From Phycisphaeraceae bacterium (lineage in GTDB: Bacteria > Planctomycetota > Phycisphaerae > Phycisphaerales > Phycisphaeraceae), in the NCBI GenBank assembly GCA_963674705.1, contig OY771506.1, positions 4,352,001 to 4,416,000 of the forward strand: 64,000 nucleotides of DNA, in the 5' to 3' direction. Every line of letters starts with the position of its first letter. Positions within the stretch are counted from its first letter, which is position 1. Below are positions 9,766 to 19,258 of the stretch, one piece after another. The notes under the pieces were generated by a model. It ran no database searches, was not told the origin of the DNA, and saw nothing but the letters and a program-made list of their open reading frames with translations. The position numbers were made by a program, and so were the translations under genes.

Positions 9766-10539
9766 CTACCGTGTTATGGTGCGGTTCTGTACTTCGTTTT
9801 TTATGTGATCGACCAGTTTGTTTTTGACTTCCTCCATCGTCGGCGCATTATCACCGAGTAACTCGTGCAAACTCGTCACGGGTCTTCCGCCCAGGCCGCA
9901 GGGGTCGATGGTTTTGAAGTGCTCGAGGTTGGTGCTGACGTTGAGGGCGAGGCCGTGCATGGTGGTGTTCTTGCGGACGCGAACGCCCATGGCGCAGAGT
10001 TTGGCCAGTCGGGTATCGGGTATCGGGATTCGGGTATCGGCCGATCCGGGTTTCCCGAGACCCGATACCCGAGACCCGAGACCCGAGGTCTCCACCCAAA
10101 CACCGGTGGCGTCGGGATCGCGTTGGCCATGGATGCCGAAGTCGGCGACGGTGTCGATGACGATCTGTTCGAGCAAGCGCATGTAGGAGCTGAGGTTCAG
10201 GGCGAGGGGGTTGAGCTTGAGGATGGGGTAGGCGACGAGTTGGCCCGGGCCGTGGTAGGTGATGTCGCCGCCGCGGTCGGTAACTTCGACCTTGATGCCG
10301 AGTTGTTTGAGGGTGTCTTCGCGGGCCAGAAGGTTGTCCCAGGCACCTTTGCGGTGGGTGATGGTGATGACGGGGTCGTGCTCGACAAGCAGCAGGCAGG
10401 CGTCAGCTCCGGGGTGGTTTCCCAGCGAGACATCCAGATTGATTTGTCGCTGGATCGCCAGGGCCTGGGCGTAGGGCATCCGGCCGAGGTCACGCACTTC
10501 CAAATTCATGCCCGGCTTGGTATCTGGCATCTGGGTCAC
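9766..10539 (-). CDS. lipB: Lipoyl(octanoyl) transferase
   Basis: VEHDPVIT, RGGDITYHGPGQLVAYPI, HGLALNV, PCG; carries an internal repeat-derived insertion. Confidence 0.95.
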   Translation of the reverse strand: MTQMPDTKPGMNLEVRDLGRMPYAQALAIQRQINLDVSLGNHPGADACLLLVEHDPVITITHRKGAWDNLLAREDTLKQLGIKVEVTDRGGDITYHGPGQLVAYPILKLNPLALNLSSYMRLLEQIVIDTVADFGIHGQRDPDATGVWVETSGLGSRVSGLGKPGSADTRIPIPDTRLAKLCAMGVRVRKNTTMHGLALNVSTNLEHFKTIDPCGLGGRPVTSLHELLGDNAPTMEEVKNKLVDHIKNEVQNRTITR

Positions 10540-10610
10540 ACAGCTTTGGTCGGCAAATCAGGCGTCATCTGGCGAGAATCGGCTAAGTAACTATCATAAC
10601 TGACCCGGCC

Positions 10611-10702
10611 CCCCCGGAAGTACCCCCGGCCCCCGGAAGTAAATCTGGTCCCTGGAAGTGCCCCCGGAAGTGCCCCCGGAAGTGACCCCGGTCCCCGGAA
10701 GT
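10611..10702. repeat. Six irregularly spaced CC(C/T)GGAAGT repeats
   Basis: GGAAGT cores at about 10616, 10635, 10654, 10666, 10678 and 10697. Confidence 0.85.
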
Positions 10703-10889
10703 AGTTGCTGGGACTGAACCCCGGTCTTCCGACCCGGGGCTATTGAGGAAGGTTGTTCGTTAACAACAGGAAACTGAAAGCCACCCGCCCCTTCGCTTCA
10801 CTCAGGACCGGCGTTGGGATGCAAACATCAGCGATTAACGATTAGCCATTAGCAATACCATTCCCACACCCCCTACCCGACCCACCACC

Positions 10890-11690
10890 TTGCCAACCAT
10901 CCACCCCACCGCTTTTGTCGATCCGCAAGCTCAACTGGCTGACGATGTGATCGTCGGGCCTTACAGCATCATCGAGGGGCGCGTGACGATCGGCGCGGGG
11001 TGTAAGCTGATCGCACACGTCTGCGTGAAAGGGCCGATCACGATCGGGCAGCGGAACCTGATCTATCCTTATGCCTGCCTGGGGTACGACCCGCAGGATC
11101 GGTCGTTCCATCCGGACACCGAGGGCGCGGGGACAGTGATCGGCAACGATAACTACATCCGTGAATCAGTCACGATCCACCGGGCGACAAAGAATCTGCC
11201 GACGCGGATTGGAGACCGAAACTACCTGATGGCCAACTCGCACATCGCGCACGACTGCGTGATCGGTAACGACTGCATGTTCGCCAACAGCGCGGTGGTT
11301 GCCGGACACGTGCAGGTGGGCGACAAAGCGATCCTGGCAGGCGGCGCGGGCGTGCAGCAGTTCTGCCGGATGGGTCGGCTGTCGATGCTGTCGGGCAACG
11401 AAGGGATCACCAAGGATTTGCCACCCTTCTGCATCGTCCATCACACCAAGCGCGTCGGCTCGCTGAACGTGATCGGGCTGCGTCGCAACGGTTACCGCGA
11501 AAGCATCAAGCATCTTCAGCAGGCGTTCGACCTGCTGTACAAGGCCGGGCTGACCACGCCGGCCGCGGCGGAACGCATCAACAAGGACCTGGGGCATGAC
11601 GCGTTGTGCGTCGAGTTCGCCGAGTTCATCCGCACAGCCGAGCGCGGCGTGACACAGTATGCGGGATCGGATGAGATGTATAGCATGTGA
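10890..11690 (+). CDS. lpxA: Acyl-ACP--UDP-N-acetylglucosamine O-acyltransferase
   Basis: IHPTAFVD start, hexapeptide repeats, PQD, RESVTIHR, HIAHDC, LNVIGLRR. Confidence 0.93.
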   Translation: MPTIHPTAFVDPQAQLADDVIVGPYSIIEGRVTIGAGCKLIAHVCVKGPITIGQRNLIYPYACLGYDPQDRSFHPDTEGAGTVIGNDNYIRESVTIHRATKNLPTRIGDRNYLMANSHIAHDCVIGNDCMFANSAVVAGHVQVGDKAILAGGAGVQQFCRMGRLSMLSGNEGITKDLPPFCIVHHTKRVGSLNVIGLRRNGYRESIKHLQQAFDLLYKAGLTTPAAAERINKDLGHDALCVEFAEFIRTAERGVTQYAGSDEMYSM

Positions 11691-11829
11691 TTGAACCGCG
11701 AAGTCGCGAAGAGCCGCGAAGGTTGGGAATTAGCCGGGTAAGATTCTTTTAGCCGCGAATGAATGCTAATGGACGCGAATTGAGAAAAGCATTTTAACCA
11801 CGGATGGACACGGATAAGATGGGGGAATC

Positions 11830-12063
11830 ATGTCGTTTTATAATTGGGTGGATTTGAATACGGTCAGCGTTATTGTTGTAGTCGTTGCGCCGTCAATGCC
11901 GTGCTTGATTAAAATTCTTGTGGATCACTTGCAGACTACGCCGGATTGTGCGCCGTATGCTAAGGCTTAGCGTGTGGCTTGCTATAGCGGGATTGGGGTA
12001 TTCAGTCTGATATTGTTGGTTGTCAGCGTGGTTGTGGTGTTTGCAGTTGTTGCATTCTTGTGA
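11830..12063 (+). pseudogene. Small two-TM membrane protein with in-frame TAG
   Basis: RBS GGGGGA, ATG 11830, hydrophobic VSVIVVVVA and IGVFSLILLVVSVVVVFAVVAFL, TAG at 11968-11970. Confidence 0.45.
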
Positions 12064-12208
12064 TGCATATCTGATGCTAAGGTGACGGAAGACGCGGCGA
12101 ACGGCGAGCAAGCTCGCCGGCTAAACGGGGGTGGACACTTCATTCTTATTTGCGTTGATTGGCGTTTATTTGCGGCTAAGTCTTTTTGGGGGCATGGCCG
12201 GATTTCCA

Positions 12209-12237
12209 TTGACATGCACTGAATAGCTGTTTATCTT
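12209..12237 (+). promoter_or_regulatory. Near-consensus sigma70 promoter with no clear downstream CDS
   Basis: TTGACA-N17-TATCTT. Confidence 0.6.
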
Positions 12238-12925
12238 GATATGAACCCCCGATTTGGCGGAGTGCTCAGCTTCGTCTGTCCCTACGGGACACCGAGTAAG
12301 AATCGGGGATATCCGGTTGGATTTGTAACAACATGCATCAGATGGCCGTCAAATGTTGGCGTGTATTTTGATGACAGGGGCAGATATTGAACGGATGTAT
12401 AACGTGAGTTATCGTTATATACATTGATTCTGTTTTCAGTGAGTATCAGAATCTCCTTAGCAGCCGCAGGTGGACGTTGATGGACGCACATTGCTATACA
12501 TAAATGACGCGGTGAGAAAGCTCGCGTTTAAAGAGAGAAGTGATCGTGTGTTTTTATTCGCGTTGGTTGGCGTTCACTTGTGGCTGATTTTTATTTCGGG
12601 GTCAGTATGACAGAGTGTGGGGTTTAAACCGCGAAGGCGCTAAGAGCGCGAAGGTTGTGGTGTGTTGGTTAGCCGCGAATGAACGCTAATGGACGCGAAT
12701 CGGGGAGCATATTTAGCCATGGATGAACACGGATAAAGATAAACATTTCACCGCAGAGAGTGCGGAGGGCACAGAGTTAAATTGCTTGAATTGAAGTTTT
12801 TCCCGACTTCTCTGCGATCTCTGCGACCTCTGCGGTGAAGTCTGGTTTGGTGGAGATCCTAAGTCGTAAGGTGATCGGTGATCGGCGATCTGAGATCGCC
12901 TGCTAAACGGGGGAATACTTCATTC

Positions 12926-15502
12926 TTATTCGCGTTGATTGGCGTTTATTTGCGGCTGATGATTTTGCCTTAATGTCCACGACTCGATCGTGCCATCAAC
13001 GTTAACCCGGACCTGGGTCATGCCGTGTTTGGCGGTGATCAGGCGGGTGAGGGGGATGTCTTTGATGATGTCGGGCCAGGCGTCCTGGTAGAGGCGGGTT
13101 CGGCCGGAGGATTGCAGAACGATAGATGGGTTGACGGCGTGAAGCCAGGCGGGGCTGGCGTCGACGATGCTGCCGTGGTGAGGCAGGTCGGTGATGTCGG
13201 CGTTAAGGTTTTCAAGTTGCATGAGGTTGGTCATGGCTTCATCCGCGATGTCGCCGTTGAGGAGGATGCGGCGGCCGGCGGTTTGGATGGCGAGGAGGAT
13301 GGAGGTGTCGTTCGTGCGTTTGGGGTTGAAGTCTTCGGGGGGCCAGAGGATTTGCAGGTTCGTCTTGTTTGAATCGTTCAGCGATTCGGTCCAGTCGCGG
13401 CAGACGGTTTTGGGAAATAGGCCGCGATCGGTCAGGCCGTCGATGAGGAAGGATGTGGCGGTGCCGGGGTGGGCTTTGGCTTCTTCGAGCAGTTGCGGCG
13501 GGATGAAGACGCGGCCGATGTTGATGTTATCCGCGAGGTCGAGTGCGCCGCCGTAGTGGTCCATGTCTGCGTGTGAGAGGATGAGCGTGTCGATGCGCGA
13601 GACGCCCATCTGTTTGAGCGCGGGGAGGATGCTGGCTTGTGCGATGTCGAAGTATTGCTGCGAGCCACAGTCGAACATGATGGTGTGGTCGGGTAATTGC
13701 ACGAGATAGCACGAGCCGTCCCCGACGGCGAACATGGTCAGTATTGCGGCGGGCGGCTGGGGTTGTGGTTTACCGAGCCAGGAGTTGCGAGGGGTGAATT
13801 GTGTCAGGCCTGTCCATGCGATGATGATGAGGCAAGCGGCGGCGAGCGTTTTTCGGCGCTGTTTGAACGCGCCGGCGAAGACGGCGAGGATCAGCGTGGC
13901 CAGCGCGAAGGTCCATGTGATACTCGGTTGCCAGTTGAGGAAGATGGCAGCGGCGGGCCAGTCGGCGGCGTGGTCGACGAGGTTGCGCAGCGTATCGCCT
14001 AACCAGTCGAGTGGGCCGGCGAGTATGAGGCCGGCGCTTGGGAGGATGATGCCGATCAGGATCTTTAAGTAGCCGACACCAAGCACGGCGGTGATGACGG
14101 GTAAGGCCATGATCGATAGCAACACGGCCAGCGGGTTGACCATCTGGAAGTGGAACGCGACCAGCGGCATCACAACGGCAAACGCAACGATGGACACGGC
14201 CAGGTAATCGACACACCATCGGCCGATCACCCAACTGATGCTCAGGTGCCCCGGTAAGACATCCGGCTTGGGCCAGAGCCATTCGGAGACGCTCGGGACG
14301 AAGAGGATGAGCCCGGCGACGGCGGCGAAACTGAGCTGGAAGCCGGGCGAGAACAGGTCCATCGGCCGCCAGAGCAGGACGACCGCTGCGGCGAAGGCGA
14401 GGGCTTGTATGGGGCGGACCTGCCGGCCAGTTGCATAAGCGGCGCAGAAGACACCGGCCATGATCGCGGAGCGCACGATCGGGACGCGCAGCGGAACGGC
14501 CATCAGGTAGAGCGCGAGGACAACGAGCACGATCATCGCGACGCGCGGCGGGTGCGGAACGAACCAGCGTGTGATCAGCGTGACGATGCCCAGCAATATC
14601 GCCAAATGAGCACCAGAAATAGACAGCATGTGAGCGAGCCCTACTTGCCTGAAAGCAACGCGTACCTCGCTGGAAGAACTGTCTTTTCGACCGAGCAGCA
14701 TGGTTTCAAGCAGGCCGAGGGTTGGCGTGTCGTCGTCCATGCCGATGCGCAGGGAATGCAGTGCACGGTCTGCGCAGAACTGGCGGATGCTGCGTTGAGC
14801 GGTGCCGAGGCTTGGTGATGTATCGGGCAACGGTTTCCAGTTACCACGGCTGCGCAGGGTGATGCGGCCGACGATGCCGCGTTCAGCCAGATAGGCACGG
14901 TAATCAAATTCACCGAGGTTTTGCGGGCCGGCGATCGCGCTGAGCCAGCCGGTGGCTTCGATGTGTTGGCCGGGCGTGAGTTGGTCATCGGCCTGGTCGA
15001 CGCGCATCAGCAGGTCGCCTAGGGCTTGGGTCCATGCGCCATCGACTTCGATCCGGTTGACGCGCAGGACGATGCGCGTGCTTGGGGCTTCGTAGCTGAA
15101 GGGAGCGAACGCGCCGCGTTTTGGCGAGCCGGAAACCGGCGGCTCGATGAGTTCACCCTGCACGCGCGCCAGTTGCGAGGTTTCTCCGATGTAGGCGGTG
15201 AGGTTGTGATCGAACATGTAGTCACTTCGCAGGATCAGCCAAGCTGCGGCCAGACACAACAGGCAGAGCGTCGCCCAGGTTTGCACGCCGCGCTCGCTTC
15301 TGCGTCCGAGCATCCACGCAACACCGATCGCTGCAACGCATGACGCGAGCAACCATACCCAAAAGAAACTGAACAGATGCCCGAACACGATGCCCGCCAT
15401 CAGCACGGCCGTAATAGCAGTCATCGGCCCGCGCAGGGCCTCCAGCGCCCCGGGCTCGGTTGATCGGCTTGCCCCAGCGGATGTGTCTTGCAGATCAGGC
15501 AC
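12926..15502 (-). CDS. comEC: ComEC/Rec2 competence protein with metallo-beta-lactamase domain
   Basis: HMLSISGAH, PIVRSAIM, GFQLSF, VGDG, LSHADMDHYGG, PHHGS. Confidence 0.92.
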   Translation of the reverse strand: MPDLQDTSAGASRSTEPGALEALRGPMTAITAVLMAGIVFGHLFSFFWVWLLASCVAAIGVAWMLGRRSERGVQTWATLCLLCLAAAWLILRSDYMFDHNLTAYIGETSQLARVQGELIEPPVSGSPKRGAFAPFSYEAPSTRIVLRVNRIEVDGAWTQALGDLLMRVDQADDQLTPGQHIEATGWLSAIAGPQNLGEFDYRAYLAERGIVGRITLRSRGNWKPLPDTSPSLGTAQRSIRQFCADRALHSLRIGMDDDTPTLGLLETMLLGRKDSSSSEVRVAFRQVGLAHMLSISGAHLAILLGIVTLITRWFVPHPPRVAMIVLVVLALYLMAVPLRVPIVRSAIMAGVFCAAYATGRQVRPIQALAFAAAVVLLWRPMDLFSPGFQLSFAAVAGLILFVPSVSEWLWPKPDVLPGHLSISWVIGRWCVDYLAVSIVAFAVVMPLVAFHFQMVNPLAVLLSIMALPVITAVLGVGYLKILIGIILPSAGLILAGPLDWLGDTLRNLVDHAADWPAAAIFLNWQPSITWTFALATLILAVFAGAFKQRRKTLAAACLIIIAWTGLTQFTPRNSWLGKPQPQPPAAILTMFAVGDGSCYLVQLPDHTIMFDCGSQQYFDIAQASILPALKQMGVSRIDTLILSHADMDHYGGALDLADNINIGRVFIPPQLLEEAKAHPGTATSFLIDGLTDRGLFPKTVCRDWTESLNDSNKTNLQILWPPEDFNPKRTNDTSILLAIQTAGRRILLNGDIADEAMTNLMQLENLNADITDLPHHGSIVDASPAWLHAVNPSIVLQSSGRTRLYQDAWPDIIKDIPLTRLITAKHGMTQVRVNVDGTIESWTLRQNHQPQINANQRE

Positions 15503-15525
15503 GTGGGCATGATACCCGCAGTGGG

Positions 15526-17751
15526 TCAGGGGTTGTTAGTCGGGCTATCTGTTTCGGTTTCTGTCGTCGATGTGTTTTGCTGTTTTTCGATGTGCTTGCG
15601 GTCAGAGGCATACAGCAGGATGTTCATGACCAGGCCTCGGGCGGAGTCGATGTCGTAGCCGTCGATGCCCCAGTGTCGGCAGCCGAGGACACCGAGGGAG
15701 AGGTCTTCGTGCGAGGCGATGACGGCGTCACGGCCATTGACCTTGATTGAGAGCAGTCGTGGGGTGACGATCAAGCCGCGGTTGAGCGTGCTGAATCGTC
15801 GGTAGGTAACACGGCGCATATCCAGGCCGATGGGGTTGCCTGTGAGGATCGGGTGGTCGGGGGCAAGCGGTGCGGCCCGTTCACCTAACACGGCCTCGAA
15901 CTGCTTCAGGACGACGTCGGTCTGGTCGCCGCGTCCGCCGATGGTTTCGATCAGGATGGTCCCGCCTTTGCTGATGTATTGCGACAGTTCGCGCAGGTCC
16001 TTGGATGTGAGTCGATCCGCCTTGGACGAACCGAGATGGATCAGGTCCGCTTGGACTTCACCGACATGATTGATGCCGACGCCGGACATCGACAGGTCGT
16101 AGCCTGTGCGGTTGAAGAGGATGTTGGATAGCGGGAACCATGAGAGCGGTTCGAGCGGCTTATTGCCGTGGACATGGGCGCGGGCGACGCGGATGGTGCG
16201 AAGGGGTGTGCGGTTGATGCGTTCGGTGTTGAAAGCATCGAGTGGTTCGACGGTCTTGCCGCGATCGGTGACCATGGCGTAGAGGTTCGCCATGATCAAC
16301 TGAGCTTGTGATGGCTGACCGCCCTGCTGCCGTTGCAGGTCCATGCCCCAGTCGTCAGACGCCAGTACGATCAAGTCGCGTGCGCCGTTGGAAAGAATCC
16401 AGGGCCGCTTGCTTTCAGGCAGGTCCACCTGGTGGATCAATCCCAGCAGCGGGTGGTCGGCCGGAGCGCGTTTGAATTCGTATTCGGGGTAGATTGTTTT
16501 GGCAAGCGAGCGGATGGCGCCGCTGAATCCCTGGCTGTTTGAATCGGGTGTTGCAATCAGGATCCCGCCGAGGTCGAGGTAGTATTCGAGGTTGGCCGAT
16601 TCGGCAGCGCTGAAGGTCAATGACTTGTCGGAGGCGAGGTAGGCCACCGGCGCGTTGAGCCAGAGCGAAGAATCGGATTCGGCGTTGATCAGTTGCCAAC
16701 CGAGTTCGACTTCGAGTTGATCGCTCAACGTGCGGGTGAGTATGTTCAAGTCGTTGGGGCGGTTGTTCCAATCCTGATCGTAGAGTTGGACCTTGTTTGC
16801 CCAGACGGGTACCCCGCCGCGGGAAAGGAAGATGAGCGAAAAGGCGGAATCGACCAGGTCGTTATCGATTGAACCGTTGCTGTAGAGGCTATTGATGATG
16901 GACTCTGCGCCGGCGTGGAACCATTCGGTGCCGCCGAGGGTTCGGATGCCGCTGGCAAGCGCCACACGTTCGAGCCCGACGAGGTAGTAGGGTTCGTCCC
17001 TGACGGTGACGCCCTTGGCGGAGACGTATGCATCCAGCCAGGTGATGGCGCCGTTGATGGCGAAGGTCAGGTCCTTGGGCGGGGTGTCGCGAGAGCGGTA
17101 GAGGTTTTCCTGGGCGATGAGCAAGGCGGTCAGGCCGGCGGCGGTCATGGACTGGGTGGAACGGTCGCGAGCCTGGTAGCCCCATCCGCCGTCGGGATTC
17201 TGCGTATCGATGAAGTGCTGGCTGGTCTGCTGCCAAAGCCGGTTAGCGGTGGGTCCCCGGCGTTTGGAGGATTCCCACAGGCCAAGCAGGCCGTACTGCG
17301 TGACGGAGTGATCGTATCGAGGGCCGGTCCTGGGTCCGTAATCGAACAGGCCGTCGACCTGGGCCTTGAGCAGCCAACGGGCATCGTCTTCGAGCAAGGA
17401 GCGGTAATCGTCTGATAGCGCGGCCCAGCAGTGAGCGCGAAGGGAAATCGCATAGGTACCGCGCATGTCGACGGTCTTAAGATAATCGATGCCGGCCTTG
17501 ATCTTGGGTTCCTGAGCACTCATACCGCTACGCAGCAGCGCATAGACGACCAGCGCGGTTTCTCCGCCTTGGTGCCTGCTGCTTTCGCTGTACCGGGTGT
17601 CCCAACTGCCGGTGCGTGGGTCTTGCTTGGAGAGCAGATAGGTCTGGATGCGCTGGATCGCATCGAGTCGCTGCGCTTCGGTGACAGCCAGCGCGTTTTG
17701 CACGGCCAAGAGGAGGGTCAACAGAATGATCACGCCCCCGCGCATCAGCAA
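15526..17751 (-). CDS. Secreted prenyltransferase/squalene-oxidase-repeat + DUF4159 protein
   Basis: Signal peptide; QNPDGGWGY and SMTAAG repeats; two DUF4159-like domains (YLDLGG, YISKGG, DHPL/DHPI). Confidence 0.75.
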   Translation of the reverse strand: MLMRGGVIILLTLLLAVQNALAVTEAQRLDAIQRIQTYLLSKQDPRTGSWDTRYSESSRHQGGETALVVYALLRSGMSAQEPKIKAGIDYLKTVDMRGTYAISLRAHCWAALSDDYRSLLEDDARWLLKAQVDGLFDYGPRTGPRYDHSVTQYGLLGLWESSKRRGPTANRLWQQTSQHFIDTQNPDGGWGYQARDRSTQSMTAAGLTALLIAQENLYRSRDTPPKDLTFAINGAITWLDAYVSAKGVTVRDEPYYLVGLERVALASGIRTLGGTEWFHAGAESIINSLYSNGSIDNDLVDSAFSLIFLSRGGVPVWANKVQLYDQDWNNRPNDLNILTRTLSDQLEVELGWQLINAESDSSLWLNAPVAYLASDKSLTFSAAESANLEYYLDLGGILIATPDSNSQGFSGAIRSLAKTIYPEYEFKRAPADHPLLGLIHQVDLPESKRPWILSNGARDLIVLASDDWGMDLQRQQGGQPSQAQLIMANLYAMVTDRGKTVEPLDAFNTERINRTPLRTIRVARAHVHGNKPLEPLSWFPLSNILFNRTGYDLSMSGVGINHVGEVQADLIHLGSSKADRLTSKDLRELSQYISKGGTILIETIGGRGDQTDVVLKQFEAVLGERAAPLAPDHPILTGNPIGLDMRRVTYRRFSTLNRGLIVTPRLLSIKVNGRDAVIASHEDLSLGVLGCRHWGIDGYDIDSARGLVMNILLYASDRKHIEKQQNTSTTETETDSPTNNP

Positions 17752-17877
17752 TAATCACCTTCTCAAGTGGTATGCGAACCTGTCCGTATAGACGTACATC
17801 GTCCCAGATCTGCGGTTCGGCCAGTTTGTCTAGTTAAGTATATCGGTGCCGTGCGGATCGGCCCCGTGCGCCAACCG

Positions 17878-18741
17878 TCAGCTGGCGTTGCGTTTTTGTT
17901 CTTCATCCGAGCCGTTCTGCGTACGGCGTGTGAACTGCTTGGCGGCGATGTCCAGACGGTCGGCAACCAAACCCATGTTTTCGGGCCGCTGCGGCGCATC
18001 GGTGTGGATGCAGTCCATCACCAGACTCGACAGGGCTGGGGGCACCTCGGGATTGAGTTCTATCGGTGGCTTGCAGGAGTCTTCGGTACGCAGGCTGATA
18101 CCGGCCGCGCCCTTGGGGATGAGCGTCGGGACGTGCTTCTGGGTCAGCAGCCAGTACATGGTCGCGCCAAGGTTGAACACATCCGTCTGCGGGATGATGC
18201 TGCGGCGTTGAACCTGTTCCGGCGCGATGTAGTCGGGCGTGCCCTGAATGCGTTCCTTGACCGTGCCGATCGGGCAGCTCTGGCCGAAGTCGATGATCTT
18301 CACCTGACCGGCATCGTTGAGCATGATATTATTGGGCTTGATGTCGGCATGGACGTAGCCGGCCTTGTGCATGACGCCGAGGCCCTGGGCGACTTCCTTG
18401 CAAATTTGGCACAGCTCCGCCAGGGTTTCGGGCTGGTGCTTTTCCAGCGTGTAACCGTCCACCATTTCCATCAGGACCAGCACTTCACTGGTACGGATGA
18501 AGTTACGCTGCTTGATGAGCTTGATGCTTTTGCGAAGGGTGGGATGATCGAACTTCTGGGCAACCTCGTGCTCGAGGATGGCTTGATCCATGAAGCGTTG
18601 ATCAGAGGGGGAGGACTTGACGACTCGCTTGAGCGCGTAGAGTTCATTCTTGCCGTTTTTGACGGCATAGATCGTGCTTCGCGCCCCTACTCCCAGCGTG
18701 GCAAGGACTTCGTACCCGAGAATTTCACTGAACTCGGCCAT
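17878..18741 (-). CDS. Hanks-type Ser/Thr protein kinase (kinase domain only)
   Basis: LGVGARS, ALKR, HADIKPNN, DFG, GTPDYIAPE. Confidence 0.93.
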   Translation of the reverse strand: MAEFSEILGYEVLATLGVGARSTIYAVKNGKNELYALKRVVKSSPSDQRFMDQAILEHEVAQKFDHPTLRKSIKLIKQRNFIRTSEVLVLMEMVDGYTLEKHQPETLAELCQICKEVAQGLGVMHKAGYVHADIKPNNIMLNDAGQVKIIDFGQSCPIGTVKERIQGTPDYIAPEQVQRRSIIPQTDVFNLGATMYWLLTQKHVPTLIPKGAAGISLRTEDSCKPPIELNPEVPPALSSLVMDCIHTDAPQRPENMGLVADRLDIAAKQFTRRTQNGSDEEQKRNAS

Positions 18742-19204
18742 AATAACTTCGGGCCAACGGCCAGCGGCTGGCAATAGAACATGCTCAGGCCGCCCCGGCG
18801 CCCTTACCTCGCTTCAGATTGTCCGTATAAGCGAATGAAACTATGGACATTACCTTACACCAAAACGCTCTTATTTACAATGTTTGGCTATCTTTACATC
18901 GTCCGTCCACCCGGTCGACTTCAACCAAACAAATTGCTTAACCTCCCTCTAATATAGGCTTACGGGGGTTATTACCGGTCAGAAATAAAAACAAACCACC
19001 TGCCGGATCCTGCCTGATAGTCGTAACTGTGCCGCCTCCATGGCATAACGCACGATCAGTCAGTCTATTCGATTGTAGGCATACTTCCACCGCATGTTCG
19101 GGCAGATGGAGATGGGTGTTACCAATTGTGGGATCTGGGGTATGTCAAGCGTGGATCGCTGAAGCGACCACGCCATTTGGTGAGATTCCTTGAGGTATTG
19201 TCCA

Positions 19205-19234
19205 ATAAAAAAACCGACGCCTTGAAGCGTCGGT
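19205..19234 (-). terminator. Intrinsic terminator
   Basis: ACCGACGC/GCGTCGGT hairpin with T run on the minus strand. Confidence 0.75.
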
Positions 19235-19258
19235 CGGTATTCGGTGATGCGTTTTGCG

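Larger units (their letters stand above)
11694..12957. repeat. Aggregate of several short periodic inverted-repeat classes and REP-like hairpins
   Basis: 41-nt direct repeat with 1 mismatch at 12137-12177 and 12917-12957; modules 11694-11815 and 12627-12734; inverted pair 12749-12838. Confidence 0.85.

Noticed and set aside
10611..10702. Possible CRISPR array
   Set aside because: Repeat ~10 nt, spacers under 10 nt and similar to each other; no cas genes.
11968..11970. Pyrrolysine or programmed TAG read-through
   Set aside because: No pyl genes or supporting signal; a nonsense mutation is simpler.
17767..18777. 336-aa plus-strand ORF
   Set aside because: Antisense shadow of the Ser/Thr kinase; typical of GC-rich codon bias.
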